DNA from: Pirellulales bacterium
GTDB lineage: Bacteria; Planctomycetota; Planctomycetia; Pirellulales; JALHLM01
Direction of reading: 5' to 3'
DNA: 43,315 bases
NCBI GenBank assembly: GCA_022844585.1
Contig: JALHLM010000002.1
Coordinates: 1 to 43,315, forward strand
A program made the position numbers and the translations under genes. The notes under the pieces were generated by a model that saw only the letters and a program-made list of their open reading frames with translations, made no database searches and had not been told where the DNA came from. Of the stretch, positions 18,096 to 27,757 are shown piece by piece (position 1 is the first letter of the stretch; every line of letters starts with the position of its first letter).

Positions 18096-19244
18096 CTATT
18101 TCGCCGCGCTCGGCGTCAGCAGCATTTCGCGGAACAGCGGGTCTTTCATGCGACTCGACGAGTTGAAATCGTTGAATCCAATGCGGCAAAACAGCTTGGG
18201 CTGAATCCAGACGGCCTCGAGCTTCGAAGGAATGAACGGCCGCTCGCGCTTAAGCTCCTGCATCTGCGCGCTGAGCGAATCGTGTACATCGTCCGGAATG
18301 CCGTCGGAAATCTGCGCGACGATTTTCAACTTGCCCTTGAGATCGGTCGCCACGAGCAGCGCGACAAAGTCCTTTGGATTCACCGTCGAGGGAATGTAAC
18401 CGACGATCACGCATTCGGCCTCGTGCGACCGTTTGGTGGGATCTTCGATCGGCTCTTCTTCGGGCTTGATGTCACCGGCCTTGCCGGCGAAGTCGCCCAC
18501 CGCGTCTTCCAAGTTGTCGGACGTTGCTTCTTCGCTGCGAGCGCGGCTGGTAATCGCGTTCACCAGGCTCGTCTTACGGCGCGGAGCGGGATCGCCCCAA
18601 TCGGTCAGCCGCTCCCAGGGAATGCCGCCGATGCACAATGCGCAGATCGCGGCGCCGAGTCCCCAGGTGCCCGTCGCCACGCGACGGAACGATTTCGGCA
18701 GCGCAAAGATGCTGGGCTTCCAGATATTGATCGGCCGCAGGATCGGGTCCATGAGTCCGATCGTGGCGTCTTCCGTCGAGGCGAACATGAAGCACACCAT
18801 ATGCGCGGCGACGAAGACGGTGAAACCGCAGACGAGTTGACCGATGGCCCAATAGAATCGCAGGGGGCTCAGCGGATGTGTCGTGAAGCGCACTGCGAGG
18901 CTCATCACCAACAGCACCACCAGTCCGCCAACCAACACATAGGCCCATTGCGGAATCTCGCGCAACGTGCCGGCGCTTGGCGCCACGCCGTCGTTGGCTT
19001 CATCGGGGTCGAAGTAGGTGCCCAGCTTGGGATAGAAGCCGCAGGTGCGGCACCACGGCATCGGCTCGTCCGGCATCGCCGCGCCGCACTTTGGACAAGG
19101 CTCGACGATTTTTGATGGCGCAATCTGCGCGAGGAGATTCGCGTCGAGCGTCAACTCGGGCGCTTCGTTTGCCGCGGCATCCGCGCCAAACGCTTGTCCC
19201 GACGCGTCTTGTTCATCGTCCAATAACTGGGGTGTCGCCGCCAT
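18096..19244 (-). CDS. zinc-ribbon/polytopic membrane protein with a C-terminal DNA-ligase-like OB domain
   Basis: I trimmed ORF 18096..19733 to the ATG at 19242-19244, because the longer form would overlap parD on the opposite strand. It has CPKCGAAMPDEPMPWCRTCG, then about 4 TM helices. The C-terminus is CVIVGYIPS...LLVATDLKGKLKIVAQISDGIPD...AVWIQPKLFCRIGFNDFNSSSRMKDPLFREML, like the OB domain of ATP-dependent ligases. Confidence 0.55.
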   Translation of the reverse strand: MAATPQLLDDEQDASGQAFGADAAANEAPELTLDANLLAQIAPSKIVEPCPKCGAAMPDEPMPWCRTCGFYPKLGTYFDPDEANDGVAPSAGTLREIPQWAYVLVGGLVVLLVMSLAVRFTTHPLSPLRFYWAIGQLVCGFTVFVAAHMVCFMFASTEDATIGLMDPILRPINIWKPSIFALPKSFRRVATGTWGLGAAICALCIGGIPWERLTDWGDPAPRRKTSLVNAITSRARSEEATSDNLEDAVGDFAGKAGDIKPEEEPIEDPTKRSHEAECVIVGYIPSTVNPKDFVALLVATDLKGKLKIVAQISDGIPDDVHDSLSAQMQELKRERPFIPSKLEAVWIQPKLFCRIGFNDFNSSSRMKDPLFREMLLTPSAAK

Positions 19245-19425
19245 GCCGTATCCTCCCGCGCTGCGTTGATTCCAACAAATAAACTGGGGCGCGAAAGTGT
19301 AGGTCACGGCGGGATGTTCGAAACGGCTGGAAATTCCGCATAATCGGCCAGGTCGCGACGACCATGCCCCGTCGCATTGTCCGCGCAATTGATCGGTCCT
19401 ATACTGACCAGCGGAGGACATTCTT

Positions 19426-19689
19426 ATGAGCACCGTATTAAGCGTCGAGTTGCCGGAAGAGATTATGGAGTTCGTCCGCGTCGAGGCGGCCGCCAACGGA
19501 ATGGGCGAAGCGCAGGAGTATGTGATCGAATTGTTGCGCAAGGAGCGCGTGCGGAAGATTCGCGAATACATCGCCGAGGCCATCGAAGAGGGATTGCAAG
19601 GCGAGTCGCGGGAGATGACCGAGGCGGATTGGGAGGCGTTGCGGCAAAGAGTTCGCGAGCGCAGTCGTGCCAATGGAGAACAGCCATGA
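19426..19689 (+). CDS. parD: ParD-family RHH antitoxin
   Basis: 87 aa with GGAGGA upstream. VELPEEIMEFVRVEAAANGMGEAQEYVIELLRKE matches the ParD4-type ribbon-helix-helix pattern. Its stop overlaps the parE start. Confidence 0.75.
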   Translation: MSTVLSVELPEEIMEFVRVEAAANGMGEAQEYVIELLRKERVRKIREYIAEAIEEGLQGESREMTEADWEALRQRVRERSRANGEQP

Positions 19690-19991
19690 ATGTGCGTTGG
19701 CTGCCCAAATCGAGCGCCGACCTCGTGACACACGTCGATTTTCTAACGGACCAATTGCCAGCCGCCGCTTATCGCTTCTTGGAATCTGTTGAGAAAACGT
19801 GCGCGATCATCGTGTCGTCGCCATTCATAGGTTCGGTTGTTGACGCCCTCCGCCCGCATCACGACGGGATCCGCGTATGGCCGGTGCCGCATTTTCGCAG
19901 TTACTTGCTGCTTTATCGACCGGTGAACGACCGAATAGAAATCGTGCGACTATTGCACGGCGCTAGCGATTGGGAGGCGCTCGATCTTTAG
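19686..19991 (+). CDS. parE: ParE/RelE-family toxin
   Basis: 101 aa starting from the ATG at 19686 (ATGA overlap with parD). ADLVTHVDFL...YLLLYRPVNDRIEIVRLLHGASD matches the ParE pattern. Confidence 0.75.
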   Translation: MNVRWLPKSSADLVTHVDFLTDQLPAAAYRFLESVEKTCAIIVSSPFIGSVVDALRPHHDGIRVWPVPHFRSYLLLYRPVNDRIEIVRLLHGASDWEALDL

Positions 19992-20011
19992 CTCATACCG
20001 TGCGGGCAAGC

Positions 20012-20989
20012 TCATGCCCGCTCAACCGGAAACGCCATCACGTCCTGGATGCATTTCACGCCAGCCGCGAGCATGACCGCGCGGTCGAAGCCCAGCGCCA
20101 CGCCGCAGCCGGCCGGTAGGCCTGCGTCCATCGCCGCCAGGAGGCGGCTCTCCTCAGGCAGCGCCTGTTTGCCGTCGCGCAGTCGGGCGGTGTTTTGCGC
20201 TTGATTGCGCGCGCGGAGCGCCGCGGGATCGGTTAGTTCGTGATAGCCGTTGGCCAATTCGACGCCCTGGTAGAACATCTCGAACCGCTCCGCAACCGGG
20301 GGATCGCCTTCGCGCACTTTCGCGAGCGCCGCCTGCGTTGCGGGATAGTCGTAGATAATCGTGGCGCCGGGTCGTCCGAGCTTTGGTTGCACCAACTCGG
20401 TGAACAATAATTCCAACCAGGCGTCGCGATCCTCCCCGAGGGAGTCTGGCGCGACCACGTTATGCGCTTTCGCTGCGCCGGAGAGCTCTTCAATCGATGC
20501 GCGATGTGGATCGACGCCCACCTGCTCCAGGAACGCGTCCGCATAGGTGCGCTCGCGCGCCACGCCGGATTGATAAAAGTGCTCGAAGAAATCCGCTAGC
20601 AATTGCCGCCCCGACGCGTAGACGTCGCCCACGCGGTACCATTCGACCATCGTGAACTCAGGATTGTGCAACGGCCCGACCTCGCCGGCGCGAAACGCCC
20701 GGGTAATCTGGTAAATCCCCGTCATCCCGGCCGCCAGCAGCCGTTTCATGCCGAACTCCGCCGACGTCTGCAGGTACATCGTCGGCCCGCGCTCCGGTGC
20801 GCGCGGATCGCCGTAGAGCGTCGTCGTCAGCGGATCGAGATGGCGATCGACGACGATATCGGCGGAGAGGATCGGCGATTCGACTTCGATGAACTGCCGG
20901 CGGGCGAAGAAATCGCGGACGCGCGCGAGGAGGGAACCCCGGGCTTCGAGGAGTTCATTCGACGCGATGGGTAAGTAATCGCTGGTCAC
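20012..20989 (-). CDS. epmA: EF-P lysine aminoacylase (truncated class II LysRS paralogue, EpmA/GenX)
   Basis: This is a class II aaRS core without an anticodon-binding domain (RVRDFFARRQFIEVESPIL...GCGVALGFDR). ORF 20012..21025 starts at TTG and overlaps the upstream gene. The in-frame GTG at 20987-20989 gives 325 aa and no overlap. The start is uncertain. Confidence 0.75.
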   Translation of the reverse strand: MTSDYLPIASNELLEARGSLLARVRDFFARRQFIEVESPILSADIVVDRHLDPLTTTLYGDPRAPERGPTMYLQTSAEFGMKRLLAAGMTGIYQITRAFRAGEVGPLHNPEFTMVEWYRVGDVYASGRQLLADFFEHFYQSGVARERTYADAFLEQVGVDPHRASIEELSGAAKAHNVVAPDSLGEDRDAWLELLFTELVQPKLGRPGATIIYDYPATQAALAKVREGDPPVAERFEMFYQGVELANGYHELTDPAALRARNQAQNTARLRDGKQALPEESRLLAAMDAGLPAGCGVALGFDRAVMLAAGVKCIQDVMAFPVERA

Positions 20990-21003
20990 ATGCCCTCGGA
21001 GCG

Positions 21004-21861
21004 TTAGCGCCCCTTCCCGCAGCAATTCTTGAACATCTTCCCGCTCCCACAGCGACAGCGTCGGTTTTCCTTTGCCCTGGCGGAGCCTGTGGCTCGTTTC
21101 CGCTTCGCGTGCGCCGAAAAGGTCTTTGGCGAGTATTCGTCACTCGGTTTCCGGGACGAGATCACTTTGAGCTCGTGATCGCCGTTCGGCGAAGCGTAGC
21201 GGATAGCCGATGCGCCGCCACTTGCAAAGCACATTCGAATCAGTGGCGCGGGATCGAAGTCCTCGGCATCGGCGCATTCCTCGATCACGCGCAGCCACTC
21301 GTCTTTCACGTCATCATCCGGAGGCCCGAACGGCAGCGGCGCCCCGGTAGTCGTCACGAAATCGCCGAAATCCAGCAGCCTGGTCGCCACCAGCATTCCG
21401 GGCTCGGCGGTGTTGGAGAACCCAACATCGGCCAGAAATCGCGATTCCTCCGCAAACATGTCGTAAATCTGGCAGCCGACACCCGACGCAAGTTCAAGCA
21501 CGACGATCATCGTGTACCTGGCCCTTCGCATCGCCTCCAGGTTGGTCGACTCGTCCGATCCTGGCAAAGGCGGGAAGTCGATCGCGTATTGCTCCACGGC
21601 GTTGTGGCCGCGAACAAAAACGTCGTAGATGCAATAATCCATCAGCGCCGACATTTCATTTTCGTCGCCAAACATGATCGCCTTGCCTTGGAGCATGCCC
21701 AGGCGATGAGCGCCGCGATTGAGCGACTCGTGCGGGAGTCGGGCGAAGATGGCGTTGTTCAATCGATAGCGCGCGGCATGAAGGCGTCGGTGGCGATCGG
21801 CCACGTCCGGCACATGCGAGGTCCCACGAAGCGCGTTGGTCAGAACATCCAGAAGTCCCAT
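21004..21861 (-). CDS. SEC-C motif protein (N-terminal domain unknown)
   Basis: 285 aa with an ATG at 21859-21861. The C-terminal CRCGSGKMFKNCCGKG is the SEC-C metal-binding motif. I do not recognise the N-terminal 240 aa. Confidence 0.6.
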   Translation of the reverse strand: MGLLDVLTNALRGTSHVPDVADRHRRLHAARYRLNNAIFARLPHESLNRGAHRLGMLQGKAIMFGDENEMSALMDYCIYDVFVRGHNAVEQYAIDFPPLPGSDESTNLEAMRRARYTMIVVLELASGVGCQIYDMFAEESRFLADVGFSNTAEPGMLVATRLLDFGDFVTTTGAPLPFGPPDDDVKDEWLRVIEECADAEDFDPAPLIRMCFASGGASAIRYASPNGDHELKVISSRKPSDEYSPKTFSAHAKRKRATGSARAKENRRCRCGSGKMFKNCCGKGR

Positions 21862-21906
21862 CGTTCACTTCCTTGCAATAGACTGCTGCTACGCGCGCTC
21901 GGCGGA

Positions 21907-24501
<2,595 letters not shown>

Positions 24502-24816
24502 TTAACGCGGCGTCTCACCGTCGACCTTGCCGACCTTAAATCGCAAATCCTTGATCTTTTCTTGCGGCAACTCTTGTCGCAGTTTCGTCAACAGCGCCGC
24601 CTTTTGAAACGTGAGTTCCTGCAGGAGCGCCGAATTGGCGACCTGCACTTCGAACATGCCGCGTTTCACCTGACCCGCGCGGGTGAATCGTCCAATCGCC
24701 TCTCCGGCCGCCACGTGCCAAGCCAACGCATACGCCTCGCCGGCAAGCACGCGCGTGTACCCATGCCGGGAATCCAACTCCCTGAGTACATCACCAAATT
24801 GCGACGGCCGTGGCAT
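24502..24816 (-). CDS. DUF721-family protein (DciA/RemB-like)
   Basis: 104 aa immediately upstream of gyrB, the conserved position of DUF721. W..AAGEAIGRFTRAGQVKRGMFEVQVANSALLQELTFQKAALLTKL fits the DUF721 pattern. Confidence 0.65.
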   Translation of the reverse strand: MPRPSQFGDVLRELDSRHGYTRVLAGEAYALAWHVAAGEAIGRFTRAGQVKRGMFEVQVANSALLQELTFQKAALLTKLRQELPQEKIKDLRFKVGKVDGETPR

Positions 24817-24836
24817 AACAATTCTCTTTCTTTACC

Positions 24837-25023
24837 GCAGAGACGCAGAGCAGAATTTCGAATTTCTAAATCAGCATGACGAATCAAATCTGAATGACTG
24901 AATGTCGAATGAAGGAATCTGATGGGACGAAGATCTCGCTTAGAAGCACTTCGTCATTCGACATTCGGATTTGATTCGTCATTCGGATTTAGAAATTCGT
25001 CATTCCCCCCCCTGCGTCTCCGC
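24837..25023. repeat. AT-richer imperfect palindromic element of about 190 bp between dnaN and the DUF721 gene
   Basis: There are four collinear complementary blocks. Block 1 is 24837-24848 with 25012-25023 (12 bp, 1 mismatch). Block 2 is a perfect 14-bp pairing, CGAATTTCTAAATC with GATTTAGAAATTCG. Block 3 is 24876-24890 with 24968-24982 (15 bp perfect). Block 4 is 24900-24912 with 24954-24966 (13 bp perfect). The central spacer is about 33 nt. Confidence 0.85.
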
Positions 25024-25044
25024 GCCTCCGCGGTTCAAAACGGA

Positions 25045-26157
25045 TTATTTTTCTCTCGCCAGCGGCATGATCACGTAGTTGTAGCCGTCGTCCGTGAGCA
25101 GCAATCCAGCCGCTTCGCTGTCTTTGATGTCGAAAGTGATGGTCTTTTCCGGATCGAGCACGCGGAGGAAGTCGCTGATGAACCTCGGGTCAAGCGTGAT
25201 GCCCACTTCGCTGCCGGAGTAGTCGATGGGCAATTCCACGCGGGCCTGGCCGGCGTCGGCGGCGCGGGCGGCCAGAATCAGGCGACCGTCCGCGAAGCTG
25301 AAATCGATGCCCCGGCTTTCTTCGCTCGTGACGATCGCCGCCTGTCGCACGGCCGAATGGAATGGGCCGACGACGAGGTTGATCTTGTGCGCATTGCGCT
25401 GGGGGACGACGTCACGCCAACGGGGGAACCGTCCTTCGACCAAGCGGGAGTAGATCGTGATCCGCCCGCAACGCACCAGCACGTCGTTGCCGCGGGCCGC
25501 GATATGCACTTCGGCGTCCGGTTCCGTCAAGGTCCGCTCGATGAGCTGCATCGCCTTGCTGGGGACGATGGTCATGCCTTCCGAGGTGTGGTGATCGCCG
25601 ACGCTCGTGGCGGGTCCTTCCATCTTCGCCAGCCGACGGCCATCGGTGCCGACGGCCGTAATCTTGTCGGCCGCGAACTCCAACAACACGCCGCCGAGCG
25701 CGTAGCGGCTGCTTTCGTTATCGGTGGCGAACACCGTGCGGCGGATCAGTTCGCGGACCAACCGCGCCGCGGCAGTTTGATAGCGTGTTTCGTTGAATTC
25801 GACGACGCTCGGGAATTCATGCGGATCGGCGGCTGGAAGTTTGAACTCGCTCCGATCGCCGCGCACTTGGATGCTTTGCCCGTCCGATTCGATCCGCAGG
25901 TTGGCGTCGGAGCTCTCACTGAGGATCGAGCCGAAGCGGCCGACCGGTAACAGGACGCTGCCGGGCTGTTCGGCGTCGACGCCGGCGAGATCGATGCGAA
26001 TGCCGATTTCCAGATCGGTGGCCAGCAACGTGGCGCGATCGGCTTGGACTTCCAGCTTGACGTTTTGCAGGATCGGCTTGGGGCTGCGCGTCGGCGCGAC
26101 GTTGCGTGCGACCTGCCAGGCGGCCAAGAGTTTTTCACGATCGCAGGTGATCTTCAT
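25045..26157 (-). CDS. dnaN: DNA polymerase III beta sliding clamp
   Basis: 370 aa starting MKITCDREKLLAAWQVARNVAPTRSPKPILQNVKLE, with clamp-like length and three-domain periodicity. It lies directly downstream of dnaA. Confidence 0.92.
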   Translation of the reverse strand: MKITCDREKLLAAWQVARNVAPTRSPKPILQNVKLEVQADRATLLATDLEIGIRIDLAGVDAEQPGSVLLPVGRFGSILSESSDANLRIESDGQSIQVRGDRSEFKLPAADPHEFPSVVEFNETRYQTAAARLVRELIRRTVFATDNESSRYALGGVLLEFAADKITAVGTDGRRLAKMEGPATSVGDHHTSEGMTIVPSKAMQLIERTLTEPDAEVHIAARGNDVLVRCGRITIYSRLVEGRFPRWRDVVPQRNAHKINLVVGPFHSAVRQAAIVTSEESRGIDFSFADGRLILAARAADAGQARVELPIDYSGSEVGITLDPRFISDFLRVLDPEKTITFDIKDSEAAGLLLTDDGYNYVIMPLAREK

Positions 26158-26535
26158 GGAAACGAAATCCGTCTGGGGTGACCAGGAAACACGTCGAACC
26201 GTCGCGGCGAGTGTTTCTCTTTCTGAAATAGTTTTTTAAACAGTAGTAGCAATAAGAGGAGGCCGATCGACTGTCGATGGTTGTGACATCGTTGCACTAA
26301 CCACCGTGTGTGTTGGCATTTCCATCGACACGCGTCACTCCTTTTCGTCGTGGAAAATCCGTCACCTTGCTGACGATTCCCGGTTCGATCCCGGTCGATG
26401 CCTGGCACGACGAATCCCTTCGAGCATTGCTGTTGTTCGTCGTGTCGATATCAGGCGATTTCAAGAACCGCTCGCGAACAGGTTCTCCACGGCACTGCGT
26501 CCATCGACGCTTACGTCCTCCCTGAACTCCTGGGG
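26158..26535. other. candidate oriC / DNA-unwinding region in the dnaA-dnaN spacer
   Basis: This is one of the two longest spacers in the window, about equal to the 379-bp spacer 3' of tRNA-Phe. It contains the most AT-rich tract I saw, 26218-26258 (TTTCTGAAATAGTTTTTTAAACAGTAGTAGCAATAAGAGG). Two 7/9 DnaA-box-like sites of form TTnTCCACG sit in opposite orientation at 26349-26357 and 26483-26491. The 8-mer CCATCGAC occurs three times. Confidence 0.4.
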
Positions 26536-27621
26536 TCAACGAGTAGCGCCCAATGTGGCGCGAATTTCATCCACCGCGCGTCGGGTTTCCCCGTCGTGCG
26601 CGGTCAGTTCCTCCGTGCGGCGGCAGGCATGCAACACCGTCGTATGGTCGCGCCCGCCGAAGTACGCGCCGATTTGTTCCAAGCTCGCGCCGGTCATTTG
26701 CCGCGCGAGCCACATCGCGGCGCCGCGCGCGGCGACGACGGTTTTTCTGCGGGATTCGCCGCGCAATAACGTCAACGGCATCGCGAATTGCCGGGCGGTG
26801 GCCGCGGCAATTTCGCGCAGGCCGATTTTCTGCATGCCCCCGCGTTGTTCCAAATAGGCCTGCACTGCGGCAGAGTCGATTTCCGCGCCGCCGCTTACGG
26901 TATGCAGGTAGGTGACCGCTCCGATCAACGCTGTCGGGGCGTCCACCAACTCCGCGGCGAGGCGGCCAAACGCCGCATCGGTGATTCGCGCGCCTTTGCT
27001 TTCGGCGACGGAACGCAGAATTGCTTCTCGCGCCGGAACTTCCGGCAATGACATCCGCAGCGTGAGGCCTGCCGTCAGTCGCGCGAGCAACCGTTTGCTA
27101 AAGCCTTTCGTGCGAGCATGCGCCGCATGGGAAATCAAAATCGCTTGCCGGCCCTCGGCGACGAGAAAATCGAGCGAGCGCGTCAACTCGTCTTGTGCCA
27201 CTTCTTTGCCGGCGAGATGTTCCAAGTCATCCAGCACGAACAACTGCGCAGTGCGATGGCGATCGCGCCAGGCGGAAACGTCGTCGGCCTCGACCGCTTC
27301 GCCGAGTTCCTGGGCGTACTCCGCGGCGGCGACGTAGTACACGCCAGCCTTGCCGAGGCAGCATCGCAAGCTATCGCAGATCGCCCGCATCAGATGCGTT
27401 TTGCCAACGCCGCTTGGTCCCTGCAAGATGATCGGGTTGTACAGCGGAGCGCCGCCGGCCAGCAGGGCGGAGTATGTCTCCTCCAGGCTCACCACCAGGC
27501 GCGTTTGTTCCGCGCCGAGGATCAAATTCCCGGGCAGTGCCGGTTCCAACAAACCGTGCGACGGCTGCTCGTTCAGGGCGAGACCGTCCCCCCAAGATGT
27601 AGCTGCGGCGACGGAGGGCAC
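26536..27621 (-). CDS. dnaA: chromosomal replication initiator DnaA, short form (domains III+IV only)
   Basis: 361 aa with a GTG start at 27619-27621. It has the Walker A motif GPSGVGKTHL at residues 68-77 and the Walker B motif LFVLDDLEHL. It also has an arginine-finger region, RLLARLTAGLTLRMSLPE. The domain IV signature is AARGAAMWLARQMTGASLEQIGAYFGGRDHTTVLHA. Confidence 0.9.
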   Translation of the reverse strand: MPSVAAATSWGDGLALNEQPSHGLLEPALPGNLILGAEQTRLVVSLEETYSALLAGGAPLYNPIILQGPSGVGKTHLMRAICDSLRCCLGKAGVYYVAAAEYAQELGEAVEADDVSAWRDRHRTAQLFVLDDLEHLAGKEVAQDELTRSLDFLVAEGRQAILISHAAHARTKGFSKRLLARLTAGLTLRMSLPEVPAREAILRSVAESKGARITDAAFGRLAAELVDAPTALIGAVTYLHTVSGGAEIDSAAVQAYLEQRGGMQKIGLREIAAATARQFAMPLTLLRGESRRKTVVAARGAAMWLARQMTGASLEQIGAYFGGRDHTTVLHACRRTEELTAHDGETRRAVDEIRATLGATR

Positions 27622-27757
27622 GGCGGCAATGAACCTCGAAATTCAACGGCCGGCCGACCCATTTCAAGCCATGGAAACTGGCCCGTTCCGTGGGTCGGCG
27701 ACGAGCCGGAATTATAGCGAATTTGGATTCGGTTCGCGAGGCGTTCAGGTAATCTTT

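Noticed and set aside
19245-19733. N-terminal extensions of tracked ORFs. Examples are 18096..19733, 34408..35835, 36219..37532, 2236..3927, 11179..12774, 12681..15434 and 32889..33782.
   Set aside because: The extended parts have no protein-like composition. In several cases they overlap a well-supported gene or repeat on the other strand. An internal ATG also yields a clean signal peptide or family-typical N-terminus.
26322-26402. A possible tRNA or tRNA-like gene around the T-arm 15-mer in the dnaA-dnaN spacer.
   Set aside because: I could not build a D-arm. The anticodon-like stem has a 6-nt loop, the T-stem is only 4 bp, and the acceptor pairing has a terminal mismatch. I keep it only as a sequence observation, not as an RNA gene.
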